Origin: Chiloscyllium plagiosum
Taxonomy: Eukaryota
Direction: 5' to 3'
DNA length: 64,000 bases
Assembly: GCF_004010195.1 (NCBI RefSeq)
Contig: NC_057720.1
Span: 72,530,893-72,594,892, forward strand
The notes beneath the pieces were generated by a model. That model searched no databases. It was not told the origin of the DNA and was given only the letters and a program-made list of their open reading frames with translations. This document shows, one piece after another, positions 1 to 11,999 of this stretch. Every line of letters starts with the position of its first letter. The stretch's first letter is position 1. A program made the position numbers and the translations under genes.

Positions 1-1
1 C

Positions 2-307
2 CTTAGGACATTAGAAAATAAAGAGGGAACAGTATACACTGACTCTAAATATGCATTTGGTGTTGTGCACACTTTCGGAAAGATATGGCAGGAAAGAGGA
101 CTGATCAATAGTCGGGGGAAGGAATTAGTTCATGAAGAATTGATTAAACAGGTCTTGGAATCTCTATTACTCCCTCGAGAGATAGCCATAGTGCACGTAA
201 ATGGTCATCAGAAAGGAAATGAACCAGAGGTTAGGGGAAATAGATTAGCTGATGAAGTGGCTAGGGAAGCCGTCCTGAACCCACAAGAAGTGGTGATTCA
301 TTCCTAA
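2..307 (+). pseudogene. pol: Retroviral RNase H domain of pol (partial)
   Basis: Frame from position 2 reads VYTDSKYAFGVVHTFGKIWQERG...IVHVNGHQKG...GNRLADEVAREA, the canonical retroviral RNase H motifs. It is terminated by a duplication-induced stop. Confidence 0.93.
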
Positions 308-394
308 TACCTACGGAAATAGATTAGCTGATGAAGTGGCTAGGGAAGCCGTCCTGAACCCACAAGAAGTGGTGATTCATTCCCTAATACCTAC
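236..394 (+). repeat. 79/80-bp tandem duplication at the RNase H/integrase junction
   Basis: ggaaatagattagctg...taatacctac occurs at 236-314 and 315-394. The first copy lacks one C, which shifts the frame. Confidence 0.95.
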
Positions 395-1574
395 TGTCCC
401 AGGTCCTAGGGAAACTCCTATATTTACTGAAAGAGAAGAAAGAGAATTGAGAGATTTGGGGGCAACAAAAACAGCAGACGGGCATTGGAAGTTATCTGAT
501 GGAAGGGAAATGTTAAACAAAATGACGATGCGGGAGATTATGGCTGTCCTACACCAAGGCAGTCACTGGGGAGTCCAAGCAATGTGTGATTTAGTTCTTA
601 GGGAATATGGATGTAAAGGAATGTATACAATTGCTCAACAAATATGTGAGGGATGCATAATATGCAGAAAGGTAAATAAAAAAGTCTTGAGAAAACAGGC
701 CCCGGGAGGAAGAGACCCAGGATTTAGACCCTTCCAGAGTATACAAGTAGATTATACTGAACTGCCTAGAGTAGGAAGACTAAAATATATGTTGGTCATA
801 GTAGATCATCTATCTGGTTGGGTTGAGGGATACCCCCTAGCTACCGCCACTGCGAATAGGGTGTCTAAAACAATAGTAGAGCACATAATTCCCCGATATG
901 GGCTAGTGAACTGTATAGATTCCGACCAAGGAACTCATTTTACCTCTAAAGTGTTACAGGGGGTAATGAAGGGGTTGGGGATTTCCTGGGAGTTCCATAC
1001 TCCATGGCACCCGCCATCATCAGGAAGAGTTGAGAGAATGAACCAAACACTCAAACGACAGCTCTCTAAATTGATAATAGAAACCAGACTCCCTTGGACC
1101 AAATGTTTATCTATAGCTCTCTTGCGAGTATGAACAGCCCCAAGGAAAGATTTGGGACTATCCCCCTATGAAATCTTATTTGGACTATTTTATCTGGGAA
1201 TGAATGGAGAATTGCCAATTCCCGAAACTAAAGGTTTGTTTTTAAAGAAGTATATACTGGGCTTGTCCTCCTCTTTACCTTTCCTCAGAAAACAGGGTCT
1301 ATTGGCACAGACTCCGCCCCTTGAATTCACTGTTCACCCCATCTGGCCAGGTGATTGGATCTTAGTAAAATCATGGACAGAGACTAAATTGCAGCCGGAC
1401 TGGGAAGGGCCGTACCAGGCTCTTTTGACTACCGAAACGGCAATAAGGACGGCGGAGAAAGGCTGGACTCATTACACTTGGATCAAAGGGCCTGTGGACC
1501 CTCCAGTTGAGGAAGAAGTCTGAACAGCCGAAACAACGCAAGACCTGCTGAAACTCAGGCTAAAGAGACTTTAA
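315..1574 (+). pseudogene. pol: Retroviral integrase, interrupted by in-frame TGA stops at 1131 and 1521
   Basis: Zn finger HQGSH..CEGCIIC; catalytic IQVDYTE / IDSDQGTHF / SGRVERMN; C-terminal WEGPYQALLTTETAI. ORFs 336-1133 and 1152-1523 are in the same frame. Confidence 0.95.
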
Positions 1575-1652
1575 GTAACTGACTATACAGTGGCGACGCG
1601 AGCGCGGGATTATTTCTGTAAGATTGTATATTAAGTCTTTTTGTGCTTCAGC

Positions 1653-2805
1653 ATGATGTTTAGAATACTGGGGATGTTTAGAGTTATGATGCTCGCCCTC
1701 TTAGTATTGGGATTTTGTCACATATCATTTTCATATGTATTATTAACAGTTCCGGAGTCTGATAATCCACAAGTAATAGACACTGATGCATGCAGTTTAG
1801 TCAATTGTGGGGATGTAGCTAATCAGAGACAGTACCGCAGCTCTGAGATACATCTTAAGTCCTATGGGGATGGCCTCGGGTATGGTACCTGGTATAATGA
1901 TCTCGTCACAGTACACCGGGCCCCCTTCCGACCAGCTCGCGATTGTCTCGATAAGAAGTGTAACCCAATATACTTAACGATAAGGAAAAGCACATGGCAC
2001 GAAGCAATTCTGAGGGGGGTCACTTATGAGATACAATTAAATGAAACATTTGGGATTGAAATGAAAACAAATGGGAAGGAGTTCGTGGGCTGTTCTTTTC
2101 AAATTAGCGTAGGACAGGGAAAACGGGTAGAATTACTGGATAATGAGATACAACATTTCACCCCTCCCGATGATCCTAATGTAGTAAAAATTATAGAGGT
2201 AAAAGACTTGAAACAGACCATCGAGATAGCAACTGGGTACGGGGATGCAAATGCCTGGGTTGAATGGGTAAAGTATACTGTAAAGAGTCTGAACAAAAGC
2301 AATTGCTATGCATGTGCCTCCGGTAGGCCAGTGGCCCAGGTGGTTCCCTTTCCGCTCGGGTGGAAGCGAGACAGGAAGGGCATGAAATGTATGATAGCCC
2401 TGTACCAGGATGAGACTGCTTGGAATGATAGGAATTGTACCTCCCTATCTCTAATATTCCCTCCCTTGGAGAAGAAGGATGTAAAAGTTCCCCCCACATT
2501 TTCCGCCGCAGTTGGAAATCACACGTCGTATGTGCGCAGGCGAGGTACAAGTCGGTCGAGGGATTTGGGGGGAGCTGAAATTATGTACAGAGATTAAGAA
2601 TGTTACCGAAATGGAGAAGGGAGGGAACTACTCAGCACTAAAGGTTCCCCGAGCGGATCTGTGGTGGTACTGTGGAGGCAAAATATTGAGACCCACCCGA
2701 CCTCCGGATTGGAGAGGGATATGTGCAATTGTACAATTGGCAATTCCATTTACCTTGGCATTTGAGAAGGAGGGAGTAGATAATGGTAAGCAAAGGATGG
2801 GATGA
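1653..2805 (+). CDS. env: Retroviral envelope, SU only (TM deleted); one +1 frameshift in the G6 run at 2567-2572
   Basis: Hydrophobic signal peptide (MMFRILGMFRVMMLALLVLGFC), CxxC motif NCYACASGRP and N-glycosylation sequons NET/NKS/NCT/NHT/NVT/NYS. RADLWWYCGG..WRGICAIVQLAIPFTLAF follows in the second frame. No fusion peptide, ISD or CX6CC follows. A splice-acceptor-like tctttttgtgcttcag ends at 1651. Confidence 0.85.
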
Positions 2806-3122
2806 CGTCAAACAGCCTTATGGGAGGCAGAGATAGACATTTGTCACTGACAAGGCCGGATAAACCGAAGTTGTGGGATCAGTCTTAAGGAAATGAGTGA
2901 CGTAAGCAGAGGAGGGGGCAAACAATGGAATAAGAAAAAAATATGGGGATTCAAACTGTATAAATTTTGAGAGTTTGTTGGATTTGATGTGCATTTGTCA
3001 TTGTCTTACCTGGCATTAGACATTGCACCCACTTGCAAGTGTACAAATAAAGCGGCACTACTAGTTCAGATTTTTGATCTCGGACTGAAATTATTGAAGT
3101 GAGTGAGCTTTTGTTTCTCACA
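2775..3122 (+). promoter_or_regulatory. 3' LTR (U3 possibly 5'-truncated, R, U5)
   Basis: CRE TGACGTCA 2803-2810, TGACGTAA 2898-2905, TATAAA 2959-2964, AATAAA 3046-3051 and terminal ...tctcaCA at 3122. Unrelated LINE sequence follows. The 5' boundary is uncertain. Confidence 0.75.
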
Positions 3123-3320
3123 GTACTGCCTGGAAGGGTGGTTTAAATGGCAAATTTTCAAAAAGTACTTGGATGAGCACTTGAAGTATCGTAGCATTCA
3201 AGGCTTTTAGCTTAGTACAGGAAAGTGAATCTAGAGTATGGGGTGGTATAGTTTTGGCTATATAGACTTGATGGGCCCAAGGCCCTAATCTGTACAGCCT
3301 GATTTCTGATTCTATAATTA
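3123..3320 (+). mobile_element. Degraded CR1-like LINE 3' end (probable ERV insertion target)
   Basis: actgcctggaagggtggt...ttcaaaaagtacttggat...gatgggcccaaggcc resembles the CR1 3' ends elsewhere in the window. Confidence 0.55.
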
Positions 3321-3859
3321 AATGTTCATTCTGCATGTTTATTAAAAATTCAAGTAATTTGCTGAAGCATTCCTCATCATTTACTGTCCCTTCTGATGTG
3401 CTGCAATCTGCAAACTTAGAAAAAATATTTTTGACTCCAAGGCCTAGGTTGTTAGTGTAAATTATGAAGAACTCATAATCAAATACAAATCAGTTTAGGA
3501 TCCACTTTGCGGCTTCTGCCATCCTAAATATCTACCCCTTCCCCATTCTGAGTTTTTTTAATAGCTGTTTATTGTGCCACTTATCCGCTGTTTCTGCATG
3601 TTTCGAACATTATCATGTGGTGTTATCAAAGACGTTTTGAAATCTAGATATATTGCATTATGTCTGTCTCTTGTTGACTCTCTCTGTTACATGTTTGAAG
3701 AATTTGGTGAGGTTGCTCAAGCAAGCTATTCCTTTCGGAAATCCATATTACCTGCTCATTAGAAGCCAGAATGTTTAGTTAGGGTTCCTCCTTTTAGTTA
3801 GGATTCTACTATTGGTAAGAAACAGTCTGATATTCTCCAAAAGCATTGTGTTTAAATTA

Positions 3860-4290
3860 AGACATAGAAGCAGAAGTTAAGCCATTCGGCCCATCGAGTC
3901 TGCTCCACCATTCAGTCATAGCTGATAGGTGTCGCAACCCTATTTTCCACTTTTCTGTATCCTCTGATCCCCTTGGCAATAAAGAATTTAGCTGTGGAGA
4001 AAGTGAGGACTGCAGATGCTGGAGATCAGAGTCGAGAGTGTGGTGCTGGAAAAGCAGGAAGGGCTTATGCCCAAAAAGTCAATTCTCCTGCCCCTCAGAT
4101 GCTGCCTGATTGGCTATGCTTTTCCAGCAAGAACATTTCTGTCTTTGTTTTAAATATACTCAATGTCCTGGCCCCCACACCTTCTGTGGCAAGGAATTCC
4201 ACAGATGTACCACTCTCTGGGGCTAGAGACGTTTCTCCTTATCTCTGTTCTAAAGTGTCTTCCCTTTACTCTACGGATGTGCCTGGCCAT
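3860..4290 (-). mobile_element. CR1-like LINE 3' end interrupted by a PLE-derived insertion
   Basis: Antisense 3' UTR signature agaagcagaagttaagccattcggcccatcgagtctgctccaccattca. Confidence 0.7.
3996..4129. mobile_element. Short Penelope-derived (pLTR) insertion with inverted halves
   Basis: gagaaagtgaggactgcagatgctggagatcag...gctggaaaagc, then an inverted part gaagggcttatgcccaaaaagtc...gcttttccagc (hammerhead remnant). The flanks look like a decayed ~14-bp TSD. Confidence 0.75.
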
Positions 4291-4579
4291 TAAGTGGTAA
4301 TTAAAAGACAGCAGGTTTTTGGGGTAATAATTGGATAAAGGCAATCATAAAGGGAATGAAGATTGTGATTCGCCTGCTCACCCTTTTGTAATAATCCAGG
4401 GTGCATATAAACTTTGTAGTGCCTCCTCATTTAAACAGTCGTCTCGTTATGGCCAAGCATTAAGCATTCTGAGAAATATCTACGCCACTTTGTATTGGGC
4501 TCAAAGTTTTGCACCAACAATGTCACTTTACTAGTATCCATGCTACTCAAAGGCAGCCTGTGCTTCTTAAATGTGAGGT

Positions 4580-5160
4580 ATATTCTGGCTAGAGCAGCTA
4601 CTAGAACTGTTTCATAGAGGTTTCTAAAATTGTGAGCGGCATGAAAAGGGTGAATGGACAAGGTCTTTTCCTTAGGGTGGGGGAGTCCAAAACTAAAGAG
4701 TCTAGGTTTAAGGTGAGTCATGGAACCACAGAGATATACAGAACAGAAACAGACCCTTCAGTCCAACTCATCCATGCCGACCAGATATCAATATAAATCT
4801 GGTCCCATTTGCCAGCATTTTTCCCATATCCCTCTAAACCCTCCGATTCATATACCCATTCAGCTGCCTTTTAAATTAAAATGTTTAAAAATAACCTGAA
4901 GGGTAACCTTTTCATACAGAGGGTGGTATGTATACAGAATGAACTGCCAGAGGAAGTGGTGGAGGTGGTGACAGTTACAACATTTAAAAGGTACCTGGTT
5001 GGGTGTATAAATCAGAAGGAGAGAGAGGGATATGGACCAAATGGAGAGCTCCTTCAAGGAAGGATATGCTGGTAAATGAGACTAGGTCAGATTGGGATCT
5101 CTGGTCAGTGTAGATGAGTTGGACTGGAAGATCTGTTTCCATGCTGTATGACTCTGTGTG
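4580..5160. mobile_element. CR1-like 3' fragments: + (4580-4720), - (4721-4880), + (4885-5160)
   Basis: Translation LKGNLFIQRVVCIQNELPEEVVEV is the CR1 ORF2 C-terminus. A minus-strand 3' UTR copy is nested between the two plus-strand pieces. Confidence 0.8.
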
Positions 5161-5369
5161 TCTAAAAAGAGTCTGAACAGAAAGAGAGTAAGAGTGACAA
5201 AACAAACCTTAGAGTTTCTGTATTGGTTGCTTTCCTTCTGGAGTATTGAATTTGAATGTTTTGTTGGTGAAATTTCATGATGGGTAGACATTTCATGACC
5301 AGAATATGAACAAAGTCACTTTTTTGGTAAATGTACAACAGATATTAAAGCACAGGTAAAGGGTAGGTA

Positions 5370-5475
5370 TTTATAAACAACCTGATCAGACATGTTATGA
5401 CACATCTGTAGCAAGTGGGACTTGAACTCAGGCCTCCTTGCTCAAGACAGGGTCACTACCATCACAAGAGCTCCA
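5370..5475 (-). mobile_element. Short tRNA-derived SINE-like unit (same family as 36297-36410 and 36546-36662)
   Basis: The reverse complement has A-box-like tggtagtgaccc, B-box gagttcaagtcc and a tail tgtgtcataacatgtctgatcaggttg shared with the 36.3-36.7 kb units. Confidence 0.6.
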
Positions 5476-7092
5476 TCTAACATAGGGTATATTGAGATGA
5501 AATACAAGTTGCACTGAACAACGACTGTCAAATTGCTATTTGGTGCAAGCTGATAAAGTATGTGATGCACATTCTCTATTCACCTGAAAAGCAGCAGTCA
5601 TTGCTAGGGCTGGCAGAAGAATCTGTACAAATATAGATTGGAAAAACAAGTTCAAGGCATAGTAAAGTTCAAGCCACAGCAACACATCCTGCCTGTCACC
5701 AAAGAATGCTCTAAGTTTACTTAGTGAATGCATGCTGCCCTGTAACCTGGAGATTTATTTTGAAAACTTAAGCATATGTGAGCTGAGTGGATAAATGGAA
5801 GAAACTCAAAAGCACACATTGGCTGCAGTTACATGCCACCTTCTTTCTTGTGACTGGTGTTTATCAACTTTGTCCTTTGCTGGGATTTAAATGAATGGCT
5901 GATCTATTGTTGCCTGATCATCATTACAAATTACTAATCTGTACACTGGAGAATACTATTTAATAGGGTAGTCATCCCCAAATGAGGGACAATTGCAAAT
6001 CCATTTTTTTCTATTCTGTAAAGCATCTGCCCATACAATAAGATGAATTGTATATTTTCTGTTATGTGTTTAATATCCTGTTCTAAAACTTTATTTTCAT
6101 TTATGATTCTCTCCTTATGGAAAAATCCGGAATGTATAACCAATGGACAACTCAACACATTCTTTAGTGCATTTTATTAACTATCTGTCGCTGCTGGGGG
6201 AAGGAATTCCCTTTTCTGTTACCTTTGTCTCCTTTTCTATTTGATCCAGCAAAAAGGGACAGAATTTCTCAGAGAATCAGTGAAAGTACCATTTGAGGCA
6301 GAGAATCAGACTCAGTTCAGGCAGGCTGGCTGATCTTTATGGCTGGTTTAAATCACTGAAAAGATAGACAAATTAGGATTAACTTATTGCCCAGCATGAC
6401 AGAAAAATCATATTGCATCTATAGTTTACAGTGTGAGATATCAATCGTATCAGTTTGGTAAAGTGTGTACAAGTGCAGGATGGTCATTTGATGGGTGATG
6501 AGAAATTATATAGAGATCCATTTATTCATAAGGGCAGTTGGCTTGTAGTGTTAGGAAGTATACATTTGTAATGTTTCAATTTGAGAACAAATTTTAAGTC
6601 TGAGAAAACATTGACTTCTGATCTCCTCCTCATTCTGCGACTGGCTGTCTGAAGTTTAACATAGTAGCACTGAAAGTTGGAAACTAAGAATTCATTTAAG
6701 ACCCAAAATTATCATTTAAGTTTTCATGAAGAATGATTGAAAGCAAATGTAAGTTGTTGGGGTGTGATCACGCTTTGTTGACAGAGTCCTATGACTACTT
6801 CTGACCAGTAGAAAAACAAAATGCATATAGGGTATGTCCCTAATAAAGAGAAGCAAGTTATGGTGTTGGCATTGTTATTTCCTGACAAAAGTTAATTCAG
6901 AAATTGGGTTTTGTCAGCCGGAAGCCTGTTGGTTGAACACTGGGGAAGGTTTGACTCTTGTATACAGTTTCTTGGATGACATATATTAAAATAACGATCT
7001 ATTGAATGCCTATGAGGACATGGTCAGACTTTGAAGGATTTAATTTTGAGTTTCACATCTGGCTCGCATTTAAATTGCACTGAAGTGTTCAC

Positions 7093-7444
7093 TTTTTTAT
7101 TTGTTCTTGGAATGTGGATGTCAGAGGCCAGATCCGCATTTGTTACGCATTTCTAAATACTGTGAAGGCAATTAAGAGTCTGCGGTTTTGGAGTCTCGTG
7201 TGTGCCAGACTAGGTAAGGACAGCAGAGTTCCATCACTAAAGAACATCAGTGAACCAGATGGGTTTTTACAAAAATTGATAGTAGTTACATGGTCACCAC
7301 TAGGACAGCTCCCTCTTTCAGGGGCATTTATTGAATTTAAATTTCACAATCTGTCATGGTGGATTTTGAACCCAGTCAACAGAACCTTAGCCTGGAGCTC
7401 CAGATTACTAGTCTGGTGATGTTACCATTACATCATGCCTTCCC
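7093..7444 (-). mobile_element. tRNA-derived SINE with LINE-like tail (family unassigned)
   Basis: tRNA-like head on the minus strand (B-box gggttcaaaatcc). The tail resembles the LINE 3' ends at 20335 and 42310. A homologous copy lies at 50815-51330. Confidence 0.65.
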
Positions 7445-8479
7445 ATATGAACAGGCTCTTAGTCTTAATTGACGTTTGGTACTTGAAAGTGATTCCCTTT
7501 TGGAGCAGATGTCTGCTGCCTTCAAATATTCCTGGGCGTGCAGACCGTTCCAATCACCTTGTAGCACAACTGTGATGTTCCTTACTGTAACAACAAAGGA
7601 TAGAGGACTCAATGATTATGGCAGCCTGGATTGTCCAGATACTAGACAAATGTGCCAGTATAAGGAGAGAGTTACAGACAGAGGAAATAGGAAGAAAGCA
7701 ATTTGGAAGATCCATATACTATAACGGGCAACAGGAATGAAGCAGCAATAATAGGTGAATGAAACCCACGGGTGTCTGGGGAACAATTAACAGTAGCTTC
7801 AAACTGTCATTGTAATGAACTGCTCAAAGGGGAACAGCAGCATTCTTCGAGTGATGCATGCCACAGAGAATTTGGAGGGAGAAGATGATAAATTGAAATA
7901 AGAAAAACATTGTACTAGTCAGAAGGCATCAGTCATGTTCATTTCAAGGTGCTGCATTGGATATTGGTTGAATGTGGAACAGATTGACCAAAATGTTATC
8001 TATTTTCACGAAGTGGGTCAATGTAAGGTCGGAAAATAAGAACATTTTTACTTGGTTTAGGTTCTATAAGATGGATTTATTTTGAGTTCTGTGTAGATAC
8101 CTGATTTTTAAAAAATCAATGAAAAGACACATTGGAACATGTTTTTAACAGGTCATTTCTTAGAAACCACCTAATTTCAGCTAATTACTGAAGTTTTGCT
8201 GGGAGTCATCAGACTGGATTTTACAGCAGCTCTGCTTCAACTGTATTCTGCAGGCAGCTTAAAGGTTCACTTTTCAGTTTTCAAGAAGTCTGCTGAAGAC
8301 CAGGCTGCTTGACTCAACTCTCCTGTTTCTGCAGGACATTTGTTAAAAGCAACTGGAAGATTTCCTAAGTGCTGTATCCTGAGCAAATGTTTCTGCCAAG
8401 ACCTCATATCTAGTGACGTATCCACATGGGCCAGTTTGACTCTGGACTCTAAAGCATTGGTAGAGGCATTGCCTAAGGG

Positions 8480-8850
8480 AATGCAATAGGTAATGATTGA
8501 CAGTTGACTGCCAGGCGTTGTTTTAGGTTTTAAAGCCGGCAAGTTGACTCTGGTCAGAGCACTGTTTCAACTCAACAAAATGTTTGCTGGTGTGTTTCTC
8601 AGGGCTATGCTGTAACCAATCAGATTCAATTTGCCCAGTTTGGACTCTAAAGAAAGCCTGACAGTCAGTCATTATTGATTGGTGCATTCTCCATTGCAAT
8701 GCCTGTACCATTCGGAACCCATTTGCCAACCAGTCAGCACTGTCTCTCATGCAGTAAAAATATTAGTTTTCACCTTTACTGGTATTCTTGCGAATTGTCC
8801 TGGTGAATGCAAGAAGAAAAGCTGAGAGAAATTACTTTTCCCAGCAAATT
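8480..8850 (+). mobile_element. Possible old Penelope-like 3' fragment with degenerate hammerhead
   Basis: gtcctggtgaatgcaagaagaaaagct near 8797-8823 resembles CUGAUGA..GAAA. It is preceded by CCAAT-rich pLTR-like sequence. Confidence 0.3.
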
Positions 8851-9505
8851 CTAAGATATAAAATGATTACATTTATGTTGTGATCTATGGAGTAGTGGGA
8901 CTAGATAAAGACAGTGCACTTCTGTCATCTGGAAGATAACACATCAACTATCCAATGTAGTGGACGGGTTTCTTCTTCAAACAGATTTCAACGCAGAAGT
9001 TTGCGCCAAAATTCAAGATACGTGTTTGAGACAAAGCATGGTCATACTCCAATAATGATGGCATAATAAACATGGAAAAGATAATTTACGTATTACAATC
9101 TAATTAGACGATTTTAGATAGGAATGCTGTAAAATAAATAGGAGAGCTGTCTTGTAATTAGCTCTGCTTAGAATACTCTCAACAGTCACAATTAATTCCA
9201 CTGTGAGGTGTGTAAATGGTTTGTTGTCTATCTTTAATGCCAGTGAATGACAAGGATAGAAAAACACTAAACATTCACTTTCAATTTAGGAAGTTCTCCA
9301 CTGCTGAAATGATTAAGTTTGAATGGCCAATGCAAATTACTTATATAAAAAAAGACGGCTGGTTTTAACATCAGATTTTGTTCTCAAGTCAGAATAAATT
9401 AGAATTTAATTAATTTATTTTCAGTTGAAATAAGTAGAGGATAGAAATTGAATTGTTAAAAATCATTGTGCGTGATTCACAAAATTAACTATTTGATTCA
9501 CTTTT

Positions 9506-9825
9506 GATTAGATTAGATTATATTCCCTACATTGTGGAAACAGGCCCTTCGGCCCAACAAGTCCACACCGACCCTCGGAAGAGCAACCCACCCAGACACA
9601 TTCCCCTACATTTATCCCCAACACTACGAGCAATTTAGCATGGCCAATTCACCTAACTTGCACATCTTTGGACTGTGGGAGGAAACTGGAGCACCCAAAA
9701 GAAACCCACACAGACACGGGGAGAATGTGCAAACTCCGCGCAGACTGTTGCCGAGGTGGGAATTCGAACCTGGGTCCCTGGCACTGTGAGGCAGCAGTGC
9801 TAACCACTGAGCCACCGTGCCGCCC
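9506..9825 (-). mobile_element. HE1-type V-SINE
   Basis: tRNA head gggcggcacggtggctcagtggttagcactg, V-domain ggagtttgcacattctccccgtg and (aatct)n tail. Confidence 0.92.
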
Positions 9826-10132
9826 CAGTGGTTAGTACTGTAGCCTCACAGCACCAGGATCCCAGGTTTGATTCTGGCCTTGGGTGACTGTCTGTGTGGA
9901 GTTTGCAGATTCTCCCCGTGTTTGCGTGGGTTTCCTCTGGGTTCTCTGGTTTCCTCCCATGCTCCAAAGATGTGCAGGTCAGGTGAATTGGCCATGATAA
10001 ATTGCCCATAGTGTTAGGTGCATTAGTTAGTGGAAAATGGGTCTGGGTGAGTTGCTCTTTGGAGGGTCGGTGTGGACTGGTTGGGCCGAAGGGCCTGTTT
10101 CCACACTGTAGGGAATCGAATCGAATCGAATC
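9826..10132 (+). mobile_element. HE1-type V-SINE (lacks the first ~15 nt), head-to-head with the previous copy
   Basis: Same V-domain and 3' gggccgaagggcctgtttccacactgta, with a (gaatc)n tail. Confidence 0.92.
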
Positions 10133-10912
10133 ATTTCCCTTCTATTTTAACAAATGCATCTGACCCAGTTATCACTAGCATTGTGGGGAGAGAAGAATTT
10201 CAGCTGGACATATTGGTATTTGTATTAAGCTTAACTTCAGGACCTGAAGTCCTGACCTTGACGCCCAGTCAATGCCACTCCATTGGCAGAAGAAACGTTT
10301 TCAATAAGCCCTGCTTGTGTTTTCTTTTAGACAGACGACTCCACTAATAGAAAGTCATTAGTTAAATTGATCCAACCTGGGGTCTTATGCTACTCCCACA
10401 GTAATACTCATGTATTTTTAAACATTGCTTACAATTCTTGGTTAGATTTGAGGAATAAAATATGATAGGGCAACAGAGATTAATTGAAGTGGTTGCTGTC
10501 GACTGCAGTTAATTAAATATCTGTCAGTGTATCCAGCATTATATCAAATACTGATTGCTAAATGTTACGTACGTTACTATTCCTGGACAAGGATTCCAAA
10601 TTAGTTGATGGAATGTGACATTTTAGGCGATCAATGTTTTAAAAAAGAAGTTGGTTTACTGTTCAGTTCATGACTAGTGTAACTGGTATTTCTTATTCAT
10701 TTTGGTCAAGTGTTTAATCTTATTGGTGTTTCATTTGGAGAAATAGAAATCATACCGATGCAAACTTCATGTTTTGGCTAATCGCTCAGTTGTGCTCTTT
10801 TTGAGCATCACTTGTGACTCATGGTTGTTGGTTAATTACTTCTATGTTCTCTGTCTAGGTCACAGTATTGCAATGTTGTTTCACTGTGTCGAGTCAGCTC
10901 AGTTGTAGCACT

Positions 10913-11234
10913 GGGCGGCACGGTGGCACAGTGGTTAGCACTGCTGCCTCGCAGCGCCAGAGACCCGGGTTCAATTCCCGCCTCAGGCGACTGACTGTGT
11001 GGAGTTTGCACGTTCTCCCCGTGTCTGCGTGGGTTTCCTCCGGGTGCTCCGGTTTCCTCCCACAATCCAAAGATGTGCAGGTCAGGTGAATTGGCCTTGC
11101 TAAATTGCCCGTAGTGTTAGATAAGGGGCAAATATAGGGGTATGGGTGGGTTGAGCTTCGGCGGGTCGGTGTGGACTTGTTGGGCCGAAGGGCCTGTTTC
11201 CACACTGTAATGTAATCTAATCTAAAAAAAATCT
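10913..11234 (+). mobile_element. HE1-type V-SINE, young and full-length
   Basis: Intact A/B boxes, retained CpGs and taatctaatcta tail. Confidence 0.95.
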
Positions 11235-11999
11235 GAAAGTTGAGAGTTGCGGAGCACTTGGTGACACCTTGAGGATGCAAAATACGTAATGGAAATGGTG
11301 GCTTTCCCACTTCTATGAGAGTAGGCTGAAAATTGCAAACCCTTGATGCATTGTATCTCTTCTCTCATTTTTCTACATCATCGTCAATTGGGGTGAATCC
11401 GGAGACCAATCAGTATGGTGCCTGAGTGCAATTAGGTAGCAGTATTGCTAGCTTTTGATTTTGAAGAAAAGGAGAAAGAAAGATGGGAGAAAAGAGTCTT
11501 AGAGAGGTGAAAGACTTGTCAACCTTCTGTATAACAAAGAAAGGCATTATAGGAAGGTAAGCAGTCTAAGGGGCTCTTTTGCGCTCCACCCTTGGTTCTA
11601 TCAGGTGAGCAGATTATAATCCCCTTGGTGGGGTCTTCCAAAGTTTATTGGAATTGGGCAAAAACAAAATGAAATTGTTTGTTTGTCATTTTCTCTAAGT
11701 AAACCAATACAACTAACTAAAATTGACCAATGATCCTTATTGCATTGTGAGGAAAGTATATGATATAATTGGATCGATCAGCATTGGTTCAGAAGGGGCA
11801 TAACAGAGATGTACATAGAATGAACAGAAAAAGGAGTGTGATAGGTAACTGCTGAATTCTGAAGTACTGATTAATTTAGTTTTTTTCCCTTTTACTCTCA
11901 TCCCTTACTGAGGTAGACTGAAAGACGATTCCAAACCCTGGTTTCTGGGTACCAATGTTTAAGGCAAACCCACAGTAAAAAATTTTAAGATGAAATCAA

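Larger units (their letters stand above)
1..3122 (+). mobile_element. Endogenous retrovirus, 3' half (class I, HERV-I/IP-like): pol(RNase H-IN)-truncated env-3' LTR
   Basis: Colinear RNase H, integrase (HHCC, DDE, GPY/F), env SU with CxxC, then U3-R-U5-like sequence ending in CA. The element extends beyond the window's 5' edge. Confidence 0.95.

Noticed and set aside
3005-3015. cttacctggca resembling the U1 snRNA 5' end
   Set aside because: Only 11 nt and no further U1 similarity; it lies inside the LTR.
10913-10990. tRNA-like sequence with A/B boxes
   Set aside because: It is a SINE head, not a tRNA gene.
9532-11310. Recurrent ORFs such as MWKQALRPNKSTPT / GRKPEHPEETHADTGR
   Set aside because: Translations of HE1 SINEs, not a gene family.
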